64,000 nucleotides of DNA, taken from Asterias rubens. Taxonomy: Eukaryota. Within the stretch, counting starts at the first letter, position 1. Each line of letters starts with the position of its first letter. The notes beneath the pieces are model-generated. The model was not told where the DNA came from. It made no database searches and saw only the letters and a list, made by a program, of their open reading frames with translations. Both the position numbers and the translations under genes were made by a program. Shown in pieces: positions 36,856-49,900 of this stretch. The DNA is taken from the NCBI RefSeq assembly GCF_902459465.1, contig NC_047079.1, positions 248,001 through 312,000 of the forward strand, written 5' to 3'.

Positions 36856-37296
36856 TTTACAGCCCAAATTATATCTAATTCAAGCTCTATAAATGTAAAC
36901 ACTGTCGGGATATGGTAAACTTGAAAACTAAATACTTAATATTGAGATTTAAAAACTTAACAACAGCTGACACTCAAACACTCAAAACCCCACTTAAGCA
37001 CATAGAAACAGGCATTCTTTCTTGCTTAATCTGAAAAAGGGAATGAAACTCATAGATCATTTTTAAGAGAAGTTATGTCCGTTTTACTGAAAGCACTCAT
37101 GTTTGTAGCCGTCCATGGAATCATAATGCTTTACTGAATCTAACTTTTAGTCCACAGCTGAAATGATTACTTCATTCTTTTTCTTTCTAACTAGCAGGAG
37201 AGAGTGCTTGTTAAAATGCTTTACTGAACTTTTCAGTGTAATGTTTGTTTTGAAAAACAGAACCAATCCTGGTCGACTCGCCCTGTATTATAATAA

Positions 37297-37499
37297 TAAA
37301 GACCTCAGAATTAGATTTTGAGGTCCCGAAATGAAGCATCTGAAAGCACACAATTTGTTCAACAAGGGCGTTTTTTGTTCCAGTGTTATCTCGTAATTTC
37401 GACAACCAATTGAGCTAAAATCTGACATGTTTGTTATTTTATGCATATGTTGAGAAACACCAAGTGAAAACTGTTCTTTGACAATGACCAACAGTGTCT
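37297..37499 (-). mobile_element. Kolobok-like MITE family A, truncated
   Basis: half element ending CAGTGTCT-TTAA. Confidence 0.75.
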
Positions 37500-40327
37500 T
37501 TAATAATAAGGAAACACTGTACTTTTAAATCTTTTACTGGTGATAATGATCAGCTGTTTGCAAGTATTCCATCAATAAAACAGGTCCGTCAAGTTTATTA
37601 ACAGGAAATATTTGCCTCTGCCGTCAATTTATCAATGTTGTATAAGACAATGTACTTTTCCTTCAATCTAAATGCTACTTTATCAATGACTTGTTTACAA
37701 CATCCCCCCAACTTCCCTGGGACAACATATTAAACAAATTAAGAACTAAAAACTCAGTATTGTATTTATTTAGAATATATTGAATTGTTTATTATTTCTC
37801 AATATTGTTGCAATTTATTGATTCTGAACTTCACAGTTCCCCAACATGGCACGTCTTAATCTTAATCTTAATATACAAACCTAGTACATTAATCCAACCT
37901 TCTTGGCTGGCTTTAGTTTCATTTCTTTTACATAATATCGTTAGATAGAGAATGATGTTCTGGTGAATACACTGCGTAGTTAACCTTATAACTGGTTAAT
38001 TAATACTCGCAAGGACTTCCAATTTGGGCAGTGTATAATAAATCGTTCAAACAAAAACACAATTCTCTGAAAATAAACAGCACAGTTCCATATCAACTCC
38101 AGTTTCATATTAAATAAACCACATAATTAAAGTGATCAATGCTACAATTGTTCCCCCAAATTGCAGTCGAGTAATGACCAAAAATAAAAAGAGTCTGTTA
38201 ATGATTAAGTTATTAAACAAATACTGCATTAATATTAATATTATATTTGATAAAGTTTCATCTGCCATAACTAGATTTGTTTGACTTATAAACCAACCTC
38301 AGTCTCTCATCACCTCCAAACTCTAATAAACTACTGCTTAATTCAAGAAATGAAAAGAAACCAGATGAAGTTTATGAAAAATAACCATGTACAATATATG
38401 TTCAATTTGTTTTTATATTACTGATCTAAAAATTAAACAGAAAATAATCCTGACCTCTGAATACCAAAAATAGTCCTGCTAACAGTAATCAACAGACGGC
38501 TCTAAACATAAACAAAGCTAATTAATGAAACGGAAGGAAAACAAAAATTTAAAAGTAACTTATTTTAACTACACCTCTACAATGAAATGAAATGTGTATT
38601 TAGAGTTGAGTATTGGAGTACTTTACTTTATTTAAACACAATTCTGGATTGCTGGATTAGTCACTAGTTCATTTGTATCATTGCAATTGTAAAAACCTAC
38701 TACACTGAGTATTGATGAGGAATAATAGAAAATCAATTTTTGACAAAGGTGCCGTATGAGATCATATTTAAAAGATATTAAGACCACTCTTATTATCACA
38801 CCGTGATGAAATCCTCCCACTACTAGCTGCACATTCATAGGAATGTTAATACATAACTATTGACTTATGATTCCAGTTGGAATAAATTAACCTGATCATT
38901 CCAGTTGGGTCATAAGTTAACCTGACGCACAGTTAGAGCATGCAGGGTGTGATATGGGCCGTGCAATACAGGTTTATATCGACCAATCAGAATGAAGTAT
39001 TCCAGCCTACTTGAAGAGAATACAGCTTATATCTACATTATATTTCTACATACAATGCTAGCTATATTGGCTCATTCTATGTTTGTGCTGTTTGCAAGAT
39101 GACTTTATGTTATTACTTTACACCAAGATGAACATGTGAGGAGAACGTGGTATCACGTTGATTACTATATCAACATTTAACATCTCCTCGATATGTACTG
39201 TTAATTGTCAAGCTGGTCATAGCGAGGAGTTGTATCAATCAAAAGGCAAACAAGTGGACAAATAATTAAATAAAGTAGCAAGATTTTCAATCTTGGTCAA
39301 GCAAGAAATTTTGCAGTATTAATATTAATATTACTACAAATAAAAAACTATTAGTCACACAATTTTTAAAACAAACTTGGATGTGGAATGTTTCTCAATA
39401 GAAAACTATTAAGATGATACTTATTGATTGATAAGAAACTAATTGCTTTGTATTAATTGACATACAATGCAAACCATCAACTACATGTACTGCTCTGGTA
39501 CCTAATGGTCAACTATATACATTAGTGCATAGAGAATAGTAAGTAAGAAATAGCAATGCAGTGATTGATCAACTTGATCAACAAAATATACCGGTATTCA
39601 TCAAATACATTTTTTTTTTTTTTTTTAATGAAACATAAAATGACTACAAAGAATAGTTGTAACATTAAAAACGCTATCGAGGTTTTCAAATAGTTTGAAA
39701 TAACCTCCATGAATCCTTTGCAGCATGCCTCAAAATCACTTTGCATTGCGTTGACTAAGAACCAGAATAACGTCCACATGGTAACATTAAAGATAAGTGT
39801 CTTGAAGTATATTAGAAGGCTAAGATGGTGTAGAGAGGATGTACACCTTTGCTAGAAACCAACTGCATCACAAAATCAAGGTTTGTTCTTCAATCGTTTC
39901 AATAAGTGCAGACTCATTCTGATATTCCAACACAAATCTTCAAACATGGAAATGAATTTGGTAGCAAACTTGAGAGAGATAACAAACCAATATTTAATGT
40001 CATATATTAAGATGAGAAAGCATGTATCCATGGACAAGGCAAAATGGTATTCAAGATGCATAAATAAAGATAATAGGATCCGTCCCATTCAGCATTAAGA
40101 GTTTAATATTAATTGTTTCATTTGAAAAGATAAAAGGTTACATCTGCAAAGAATAAAAAGATTGCAGCATAAAGCTTCTGATGTATGCTGAAAATGAAAC
40201 CAATAAAGAATAACGCAGGATGTAAGTACGAATTTAATAGCATGGGTCTAGTGATTAGCACTTATACCAGGCTCTCCATGTAAATGATGAGCATCTACAT
40301 GTATGAGCTACCCCGTAAGTCTAGTGA

Positions 40328-40772
40328 CTAGCGTTTAGACCATGCTCCCAATGTAAATGATGATCATCTATGATTAGCGTTTAGACCATGCTCCCAATGT
40401 AAATGATGATCATCTATGATTAGCGTTTAGACCATGCTCCCAATGTAAATGATGATCATCTATGATTAGCGTTTAGACCGTGGTCCCCATGTAAATGATG
40501 ATCATCTATGATTAGCGTTTAGACCGTGGTCCCCATGATGATGACCATCATCTATGATTAGCGTTTAGACCGTGGTCCCCATGATGATGACCATCATCTA
40601 TGATTAGCGCTTAGACCGTGGTCCCCATGATGATGATCATCATCTCTTAGCTGGGTCTAGTGATTAGCGTTTAGACCATGCTCCCCATGATGATCATCAT
40701 TATCTCTTAGCATGATGATCATCATCATCTATGATTAGCGTTTAGACCATGCTCCCCATGATGATGATGATC
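40328..40772 (-). repeat. about 46-bp tandem array duplicating the vigilin last codons and stop codon into the 3'UTR
   Basis: plus-strand (t/c)tagcg(t/c)ttagacc(atgct/gtggt)ccc at 40328, 40374, 40420, 40466, 40512, 40558, 40604, 40664, 40735. Confidence 0.95.
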
Positions 40773-40971
40773 CAGTAACTACAGCTGGTGTAGGGTTTTC
40801 TGCAACACCAATACTAGGGAAGTCCATAGTATTAGATGTATCAGGAGGTTTATTCCATGGGGCACCACGTACAACAAAGCCAGGATTATCAGCTTTAGGT
40901 TGTTGATCTTCATGACGGCTTGGAGGTTTAGTATACTGCTGTAACTCCACTGACTCGTCCATCTCTTGTAA
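40735..40971 (-). CDS. HDLBP: vigilin terminal coding exon 22 (LQEMDESVELQQY...GFVVRGAPW...WGAWSKR-stop)
   Basis: tttag acceptor, TAA at 40735-40737. Confidence 0.93.
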   Translation of the reverse strand, partial: LQEMDESVELQQYTKPPSRHEDQQPKADNPGFVVRGAPWNKPPDTSNTMDFPSIGVAENPTPAVVTGSSSSWGAWSKR

Positions 40972-43900
40972 CTAAACACATACAAATACATCCAAATATA
41001 AACCATCAGTAAAGGCAAAGTAGACTTTTTTATCTTTTATAACAATCCAATGTAAATATAGATATAAAGCTATCCAGTGAAAATTTCAAAAGGTGGTAAA
41101 TCTGGAGGGGTTGCGTCCATGCAGGAAAAATATTTCAAGAGAAGTCTTCACCATTACTTTCTGTAAACCTTGTAGGATAGTTGTAAATCTGTGAGCTTTT
41201 TTTTTGTTCCGAAAGTGTCCGATGGCTTTAGAGGTGACCAGACTTTTGACTACATTCAAATACGAAGCAGTATAGACTTGCAATCAAATGCCTAGTTTGA
41301 AGAAATTGAAAGTTTGTTGGTGCTTAGATTTGAATTACAAGTTACGACAATAATCAGTCATGCCATATGAGGTGAATACAAACTCTTCCTAAACACAAAC
41401 ATTGATGTAGGGACAATTCTTATAGATCATATTGTTCTTTTGTAGTAAATTTTAAAACATATTTTCATAAGATCACCTAACATCACAAGGCTGGATGGCC
41501 CTTTCAAGGTGAGTACTACACTTAACAGATTTGGGCTATCAACCCAGATAAACTGCCACCAGGGGCATGTTGCCACATACTCATGGGGCTGAAACAGTAT
41601 TACTGCCTTCACACAGTCCATAAGGATGTAGGGAAACATCCAGCAGGAGCCTGGCTGGTAGAGCCGAAAGCAACTATGATCGAGTGCCTAGCTTTTAAGG
41701 GAGTCTCATGACCGGGATTCAAACCCACCCTCTGCTGCTAACACCAGAGCTTTGCTCGGGTGAATAAGACTTCTCGGCATTTTTTATTTTTTATGCAATT
41801 CACCAAACACACAAGACTTCAAGGTGTGGGCTACAATTATTTTATTCCAGAGGCCGTTGCCACCTACTCCTAGGGCTGAAACAGGGTTACCCCTTTAACC
41901 AGTCCCTACGGATGTAGGCTTGGGTATCATCAAGGCTTGGGTATCATTAGTTCAATATGATATTGGATGTAACCTATTGATGATCTTGTACTTACATATT
42001 CCTCCTGTCGATTGAGCAGATATTCCTGGCACTCATCTATATTCTCATCTAGACCAGTAATGGTTACTAGATTAGGATTAGCATCAGTACCACGAGGGAA
42101 TCGGATATCCACTTTGTATAACTCCATGACTTTATTGATAGCTCTGCCCTTACCACCAATCAGTCTGCTATGTATACGATGATCTATCTCAATCTCTACA
42201 GTGTGTTGGTCCTCCTGTTGGTTCATTCAAATTCAAATCACTTTATTCAACATTGCTCAGGAGAAACGCAAATCCAATATGACATCTTTATAAATAAGAG
42301 GTGGGGGTGAAGCACGTGGTTTGTGTTCCAAATCAGTAGTTTTCGGAAATTCAACTTACTGTTTGAACAGGGGGTGAAGAAAAATGGTAAGTAGCTAGGA
42401 GGAGATGTGTGGATATTTGACATTAAATCTTCAAATAAGGTTCCGTTTATAAAACCAACGAGTCAAACTTGTCTTAAATTTGATAATACAATTTAAAGAT
42501 ACCACATCTGGACTTGCACTTTGTCCATATCCAATAAAACATTCCCATCGGAATATCATTCGAGGGAAATTGGTTCTTTTACTCTAGATTGTGAGATAAC
42601 CAATTCCGGAATATATTACTATAGGGTACTATTTCATAGAACAGGCCCAACAAAATTATGCTTGAGAAAAGGCTACCAATATACTATGTCACATATACAA
42701 TCTATGATAGGGATCATGCTCATTCTAGCCGAACATAAAATTATGAATCAGTGTTTTTTGACTAAGCATCTCCATGATATTGGGCCAATATCATCAACTT
42801 AGTGAGGTGGTCTTAGTTTGTGCAAATAAATAGAGTTTAATGATTGTACATACCAAGTTATGAACAATATCCAAAATGGCCTCCTTGGCTGCTTGAACAC
42901 TCTTCTCATATCCAATGATAGTAATGATGTTAGGATTGGCAGCATTACGATCAGCAAACTGGATATTCTTCACCTTATGCTCCTCTTTGATCTTAGTAAT
43001 AACTTGTCCTTTACGTCCAATGATCTTAGGGTGATACTTTACGTCAACAGCAACCTCCTCACTGTAGTTCTGAAGACGCTGTGTTAGAGACATGGTATAA
43101 TAAGACATGTTAGGAATTCATCATTAAATCATCCAGTACATTGTGAAAGATGCATCAATCTAGAATAACTATTCAAATAAGTCATTAAGTATGAATTGGA
43201 ATTTAAAAAAATGCCAATCTGGGGTCCATTTCACAAAAAGTTAAGATTGATCTCAACTGCAAATCAATCGCAGTTGCTAAGCAAAGTGTTATGTCACAAT
43301 ACAAATCAATATGGATATACTGACAATTTGTCTTGCGATGAATTTTATTACTTTGTGAAATCGAGCCATGATCAAGATATCTAAATGCATTTGGAACTGG
43401 TTCGTAAGATAAGCATTACCCGCTGCAGGATTCGAACTGCCTCTAGCTACTGGGCAATCTCAATGGTATAGTTGGTATGAAACTGCTCTAGAATTGTTTT
43501 TCTTTCTGAAACACTCAAGGAAGCTAAATCAATTACTAGGATCACTTCTATGACTAGTATTGAGAGCTGTGTTAAGATTTACGTGATAAACACACATCTA
43601 AGTCAAGATAAACTTACTCTATCTTCTTCAGATTGATGTAATTCTTCCACTCTAGCCTTCAATGCTTGTACAGCATTCTCTACATTAGGTGCTGGTCCAC
43701 TCACTTTAACCTGGTTCGATTTCTGCAAAGCTGGTGGTATGGCAATGTTTACCTACAAACAAAATAACGATATTCATATTCTTTATATTCATGTTTTTTA
43801 GACCAAACTTGCAGCTGGACGCTGAATTACATTGGTTATTACACGGGAATAAAAATACATATCCTAACACTATTAACAAATTGACTTTCAAGGTACTGTC

Positions 43901-46900
43901 CCACTGAAATAGTTTTAACTTAACCTTTAGGCTTGAAATATTGAAAAATTATCCCAAGATGCTACAAGGTGCACCTTGATTGTTAGCCTGAACAGCTGAC
44001 GTCACACTTCGAGGCTTGTGAATAACGCCAGAGACCTGCCTCCAAAAGCTGTGTGTAGATTCACCTTTGACCTCATTCATTTCACATTGAGATACGCAGT
44101 CATATTCTATTGCGGACTTGAGAGCAGTGTACTGTTTGGGCAGCTAGCTCATGTCACTGCACGTTTATCAAAATGACGTCATTGTATCCAATGGAATCAC
44201 TGGATCTGGGTGGCACGGTTGGCTTGTGCGTAAAGCGCTCGCCTCTCACCAAGGTGACCCCGGTTCGATTCGTGGTCAGGGCCATGTGAGTTGAGTTGTG
44301 CGTTGGTTCTCTGCTGTGCCACGACGGTTTTCCAGACTATCCGGTTTTCCTCCCTCAGGAAAAAATCAAACACTTTCGATCTTGGCTGTGCTAGTGGTCA
44401 TAATGGGTTGATGTGGCTGGCAGCTGAATGCGCTCTTGCATGCCTGCTTCTCGAACACGTTGTAGCCGCGTCCTTCGCAATTCAGCTCTTAGCTGCGAGT
44501 ATTAGGACGATTAGCCCCCCAAATTATTATTATCTAGCGGCAGGGACCTGTCTTAAAGACAGGGGCCCAGTCTACTTGATTGTATCTTAATTCCCAACAA
44601 TCCCTTCACTGTTTGAACAATATTTTTAACACTGTCTTATAGCATACTAGTATTTGCTTCCCAGTAAAAGCAAATTCTAAGTTTTTACTCATACAGGTTA
44701 AAGAAAGCAAATTATAGTCAATGCAAATGATAGTTTTAATACTAACAACCAATTGTGTATACTCAAAACATAAGGTACCAAGCTGACATGACAAAATGAT
44801 ATTTGATCAAATTACTTCATTGAAAAAAACAATCATTTGACCACTTAAAAACTGAATATTTTGTCAATTGTTTCTGTAAACAAAACATGAAATTTTAGTT
44901 GTGAAGAAAATGTTTAGCAAAAAGAATAAGCAAATGGGAAAAGAGAGGATACCCTTACCTCATAGGTGTCCATCAAATGTTTAATACCAGCTCCTTTCTG
45001 ACCAATGACAAAACGATGGAAGTCAAATGGTACATCCACCTCTTCAGTAACTGGCACCAGTTTCTAGCAAGTCAAATAGCATCAGATTATATACAAGTTA
45101 ACTTGATGTCAATGCTTACACAATAAGTGAGATTAACTGATGCTAATCAGGCATTGAAAGTAAACATTACTTCAGACCTGTAAAGTCTTGATTTTAAGAG
45201 TCAGACCTGTAAAGTCTTGATTTTAAAAGTCAGACCTGTAAAGTCTTGATTTTAAAAGTCAGACCTGTAAAGTCTTGATTTTAAGAGTCAGACCTGTAAA
45301 ATCTTGATTTTAAGAGTCAGACCTGTAAAGTCTTGAATTTAAGAGTCAGACCTGTAAAGTCTTGAATTTAAGAGTCAGACCTGTAAAGTCTTGATTTTAA
45401 GAGTCAGACCTGTAAAGTCTTGATTTTAAGAGTCACACCTGTAAAGTCTTGATTTTAAGAGTTAGACCTGTAAAGTCTTGATTTTAAGAGTCAAACCTGT
45501 AAAGTCTTGATTGGACAAGGATTTTAAGAGTCAGACCTGTAAAGTCTTGATTTTAAGAGTCAGACCTTGTAAATATAATTAAGTTCTGTTGAGTATCAAA
45601 GTATATTTATCTATGACACTAATTAGGTAATTAGTGCTTGTTTATACAAATTTCGCATTCTGATTCTGGTCTTGAAAAAAACAAATTACGGTCCATATCA
45701 AAGCTGAGCTACATGTACAAGCATTGCAATATTGTGGGTTTCCCTTCCCCCAAAGTCAAGCCCTGCTCATCTCTTTAACAAGTTTCCACAAAAATTAGCA
45801 ACAAGACACATTTTGGGAGCATAGCCAGACAGGATGGATGGCTATTTCACATCATTGTGGGTACAGCATTATTATAAACTTAACTAACCTCCAATGCTTC
45901 CTTGGCTTGCTCGCAGTTCTCCTTCTTTCCCGTGATCAGAATAGTGTCACATTTCTTGGGTTTATCCTCTTCATGAGCGTCGCCATTAGTATCACCATTC
46001 AGTACCACCTCACCCTCTACAATAAGAAAACCAAATATATTCATTATTGTATCAATTTAGGATACGTGAAAACATAATATTAATGTGAAATAATGAAGCA
46101 TAGATATTTAACAAGTGGAAAAGTACTTAGACAATTAACAACATTTTAATCAAGTTCAAAATGTTCCTAATGGTTCCTATTTTGGGCTCTGACTCATATT
46201 TTTTTATTTCTGTTAATGTATTTCTCACAACATTTGTATTAACATCAGATTATTCAAGTTACAGACCTGCCAGCCTTGTAATTTTTTGTTGAGTACCACA
46301 TTAACACAGCGGCATAAACCAGTTCGGCCAGTGCACGTCGGCATATGGCACAATGCTTACGGTCAGTCAGCAAAAACCATGGACCACTTCATTTAGACGA
46401 ACCATTCATTTAATGTAATTATACATCATATTCACACAAAATACAGGCTACTTCATAATAAAACAAAGTTGTATCATATCAGTGTTTATCTTAGGGCTTG
46501 TTGATGTGGCCTTTTCTGACTTTTTGTGCTCGTGACCTTAACAGTCTGAAAAAAAATAATAAAAAAATAACCAGTTGACTGCTTTTTTTTTTTTTTAATA
46601 TCACAAAAAAAAATTGCCAGGGGTTTCTCTCCGGGCGGTGAGCCCATTTTGACACATTTCTGATCCATAACATATATTAATTTCATTGACAAGCTCTGTT
46701 GAACAATGTTCCTAAATTATTAGTAACTTGAACTCGGAATGCAAATATAACTTGGTATCCATATTTGGTTGCCCAGTAAACGGACAAACGAAAGCCCACC
46801 GTAGAGTTTTCCAGTTCCACTTCAATTCAGGCATGCTTCAATTCATCATTTGTTTCCCTTATCAGGCTTATACAAAGATTACAGGCCATTAAATTCCCAT

Positions 46901-49900
46901 TATTCTCCCCAAATTCTCGGGAGTTGGGGAAAATCGTGACGTAAATAATAACATGACTACCTCCTGACCTAAACTGCTGCCGCTCTTTGAGTGAGATGGC
47001 TAAATCAAATGAAGTGTGTGCACTGCCGACTGCACACATGCACTGTATTTTCCACGTTGAGGAAGAAACTTCTTCGGAGCATGCACTCTCTTTTTTCCGG
47101 GTGGAGGAGTACTTTTTCCCCCCATCACTGACACTTCGCCTTCGATCGGCGTCCATGGAGCATAGTATAAACACACGGCGACGCCGAACGAATTCGAGCC
47201 GAACACGTGCGTTGTGTGCATGTACATGTACATGTACATCCATGCATAAGGCTGTACACGTACTATACCAGGTTGACCGAACTGGTATGCGCCAATCCCA
47301 CCCCCTCTGTTACGCATTGGTTTATTAGTTTTCCAGCGGGAGTAAGAATTTTAAAAATAATTCTAAGCACAACCTCTTTTTTATCAAAGCGCATAATGAT
47401 CACTCAGATGTGGGGTGTTTTTGATCTGTTGTTTTTGCACTTGGGGTCGAACGAATAACAGTTGATGGGGTCGAACGAATAACAGTTGATTAAATTGAGA
47501 ACAAAATTGTCCGTTCGTGCTGCAGTTTTAAAACACCGCGATATAGAGTTAGCTTTATGTACGTTCTGCAGAATACCTCATACCACGGTACTCAGGGGTG
47601 AAAATGCGTGCATGGTACGCAAAATGCGTACAGGTTGGCAGGTCTGAAGTTAGTTTCCACTCATCCCAAGCTCAAATATGTACAAACAATTACATCAACA
47701 GAAATGGTTGCATTAGTCATGCACACTAATGATGATTAAGGATAACTAGTGCTTACCTTCAGCTTGGTCAGCATTAGGATTGCGATCAGGAAACTTAATT
47801 CCTACTTCATACTGACTTGTGACAAGTTGAACCCGAGATCCTTTAGCACCCATGATGGTACGATGATGCTTCTGAGGTATTATACACTCAATGGTCACTT
47901 GAGCTTCCTGTAATACAATAATATCTATGGTTAGGACTCCTTCAGTTGACATCAATACAGTCATTGCTATTTAAAGGCAGTGGACACTATTGGTAATTGC
48001 TCAAAATAATTATTAGCTAAAAAACCTTACTTGGTAACGAGTAATGGGGAGAGGTTGATGGTATACAACATTGTGAGAAACAGCTCCCTCTGAAGTGACG
48101 TAGTTTTCGAGAAAGAAGTAATTTTCCACGAATTTGATTTCGAGACCTCAAGTTCAGAATTTGAGGTCTCGAAATCAAGCATCAGAAAGCACACAACTTC
48201 GTGTGACAAGGGTGTTTTTTTCTTTCATTATTATCTCGCAAGTTTGATGACCGATTGAGCCAAAAATTTCACAGGTTTGTTATTTTATGCACATGTTGAG
48301 ATACACCAACTGTGAAGACTAGTCTTTGACAATTACCAATAGTGTCCACTGCCTTTACAGGAACACATTACCTTGGATCGGACGAGCTGGTCTTTGAAAA
48401 GCTTTTGAAAGCGTTTGTTAAGAAATGCATATGGTTAGAAAGATATTTTAAAAGTAGAATATAAAGATTCACACAAGTATCACTCCAAATTGCACGGTTT
48501 TCCTTTTACATCGCGAACTAACAAGGTCGAACATTTTATGGAGTCATAATGTTGACTTAAAAAAATGGCCTTTTTTTGCGACGTAAAGGAAAACCGTGTA
48601 ATTTCGATGCATTTTTGTGTTGATAATTAAATTCTACTTTCAATTTGCATTTTACAACAAACGGTTTCAATTGCTTTTCAACTACCAACTCGACCGATCC
48701 ATGGCAACATGTTCAATTAATAACAAGGATAATATTCCAATCACACTACTCAAATGTTTATACTTAAATCTATGCTGTGGTATTGCAGAACTCAAGAAAA
48801 AAGCACGACAAATTATTCTACAACTTCAACAGATTTTTTTTACATTTATCTGAATTCATTCAGAAAGTTAATGCTTCATTTGAATATACATGACAAACAA
48901 CATTATTATTAGACTATTACAATAAGTTGGATGGTTGTAAAGGGTACGTTCATGATGACTAGAAGTCCAGACTACTATTCTTACCAAGTCAGCAACAATC
49001 TCAGCAATACGTGCAGTAGCTGCTTCCACACAGTTCTTAGCTCCTTTAACCATGACTCTATCACTCTTAGAACCATTACGAGGGAAACTCACGGTCACAT
49101 TACCATTCTCATCTGCAATCTCTCTCAAAACCTGACCACGACGAGCTACAAAATGACGATGGTACTTTGGATCAACCGTGATTTCACATTCTGTGATGTT
49201 TTCCTGCAAACAAAATAATTCAAACTTAAAATAAGTGAATTGTTACTAAAGAAAGCTTTATACAATCAACAAATTACAAAAACATGGTTTAATTCAATGA
49301 AACAAAAATACCACAATTAACCCAGGCTCATACTTCCTGCAAATATTAAGCGAATTTTGATGTCACAAATTCGCAACGAATAATTTACCATAGTTGAGCA
49401 CAGCGAAAACATAGTTGTGACGTTAATATTCGCTTCGTATTCCCATCAAGTATAAACCAGGCTTTAGGGTTTAAGAGAACTATCAGGCGGTGGTGTATAC
49501 TAACCAGATCTTTGATGAGTTCTAGGAGTTTGTCCTTAGCCTTGCCAGTATTTTCCTTAGTTCCGATGATAGTTATCAGTGTTTTGTCCTCATCCCTAGT
49601 GGTTGGAAATACTACACGAGCTCCTGTTTCCTCACGTACTTGGCGAATATTAGCTCCTCCTCGTCCAATCAGGAACTTATGATATTCTGGTTTAGCATGA
49701 ACCTCAATGGAATGGTTGGCTTGCTCCTACAAAACAGCAAATGACTTGTCAACTTTATGTAACAAACAATTTTGTAATAAATGGAATGCAATACTGCACG
49801 AGTGTTGTTTAGCTACCATTGGCTACTAATAACTTACAGACACTGTACACTATTGGTAATTGTCACAGACTAGTCTTCTCACTTGGTGTACCTAAACATA

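Noticed and set aside
13445-44290. tRNA genes at the A/B-box-containing segments
   Set aside because: The heads continue into shared SINE bodies and tails and lack an intact cloverleaf; they are SINEs.
46827-47328. Cluster of overlapping ORFs (105-138 aa) as a possible transposase or nested gene
   Set aside because: Lies in the CpG-rich interior of a non-autonomous TIR element; no DDE, BED or other motif recognised; open frames on both strands fit GC-rich noncoding DNA.
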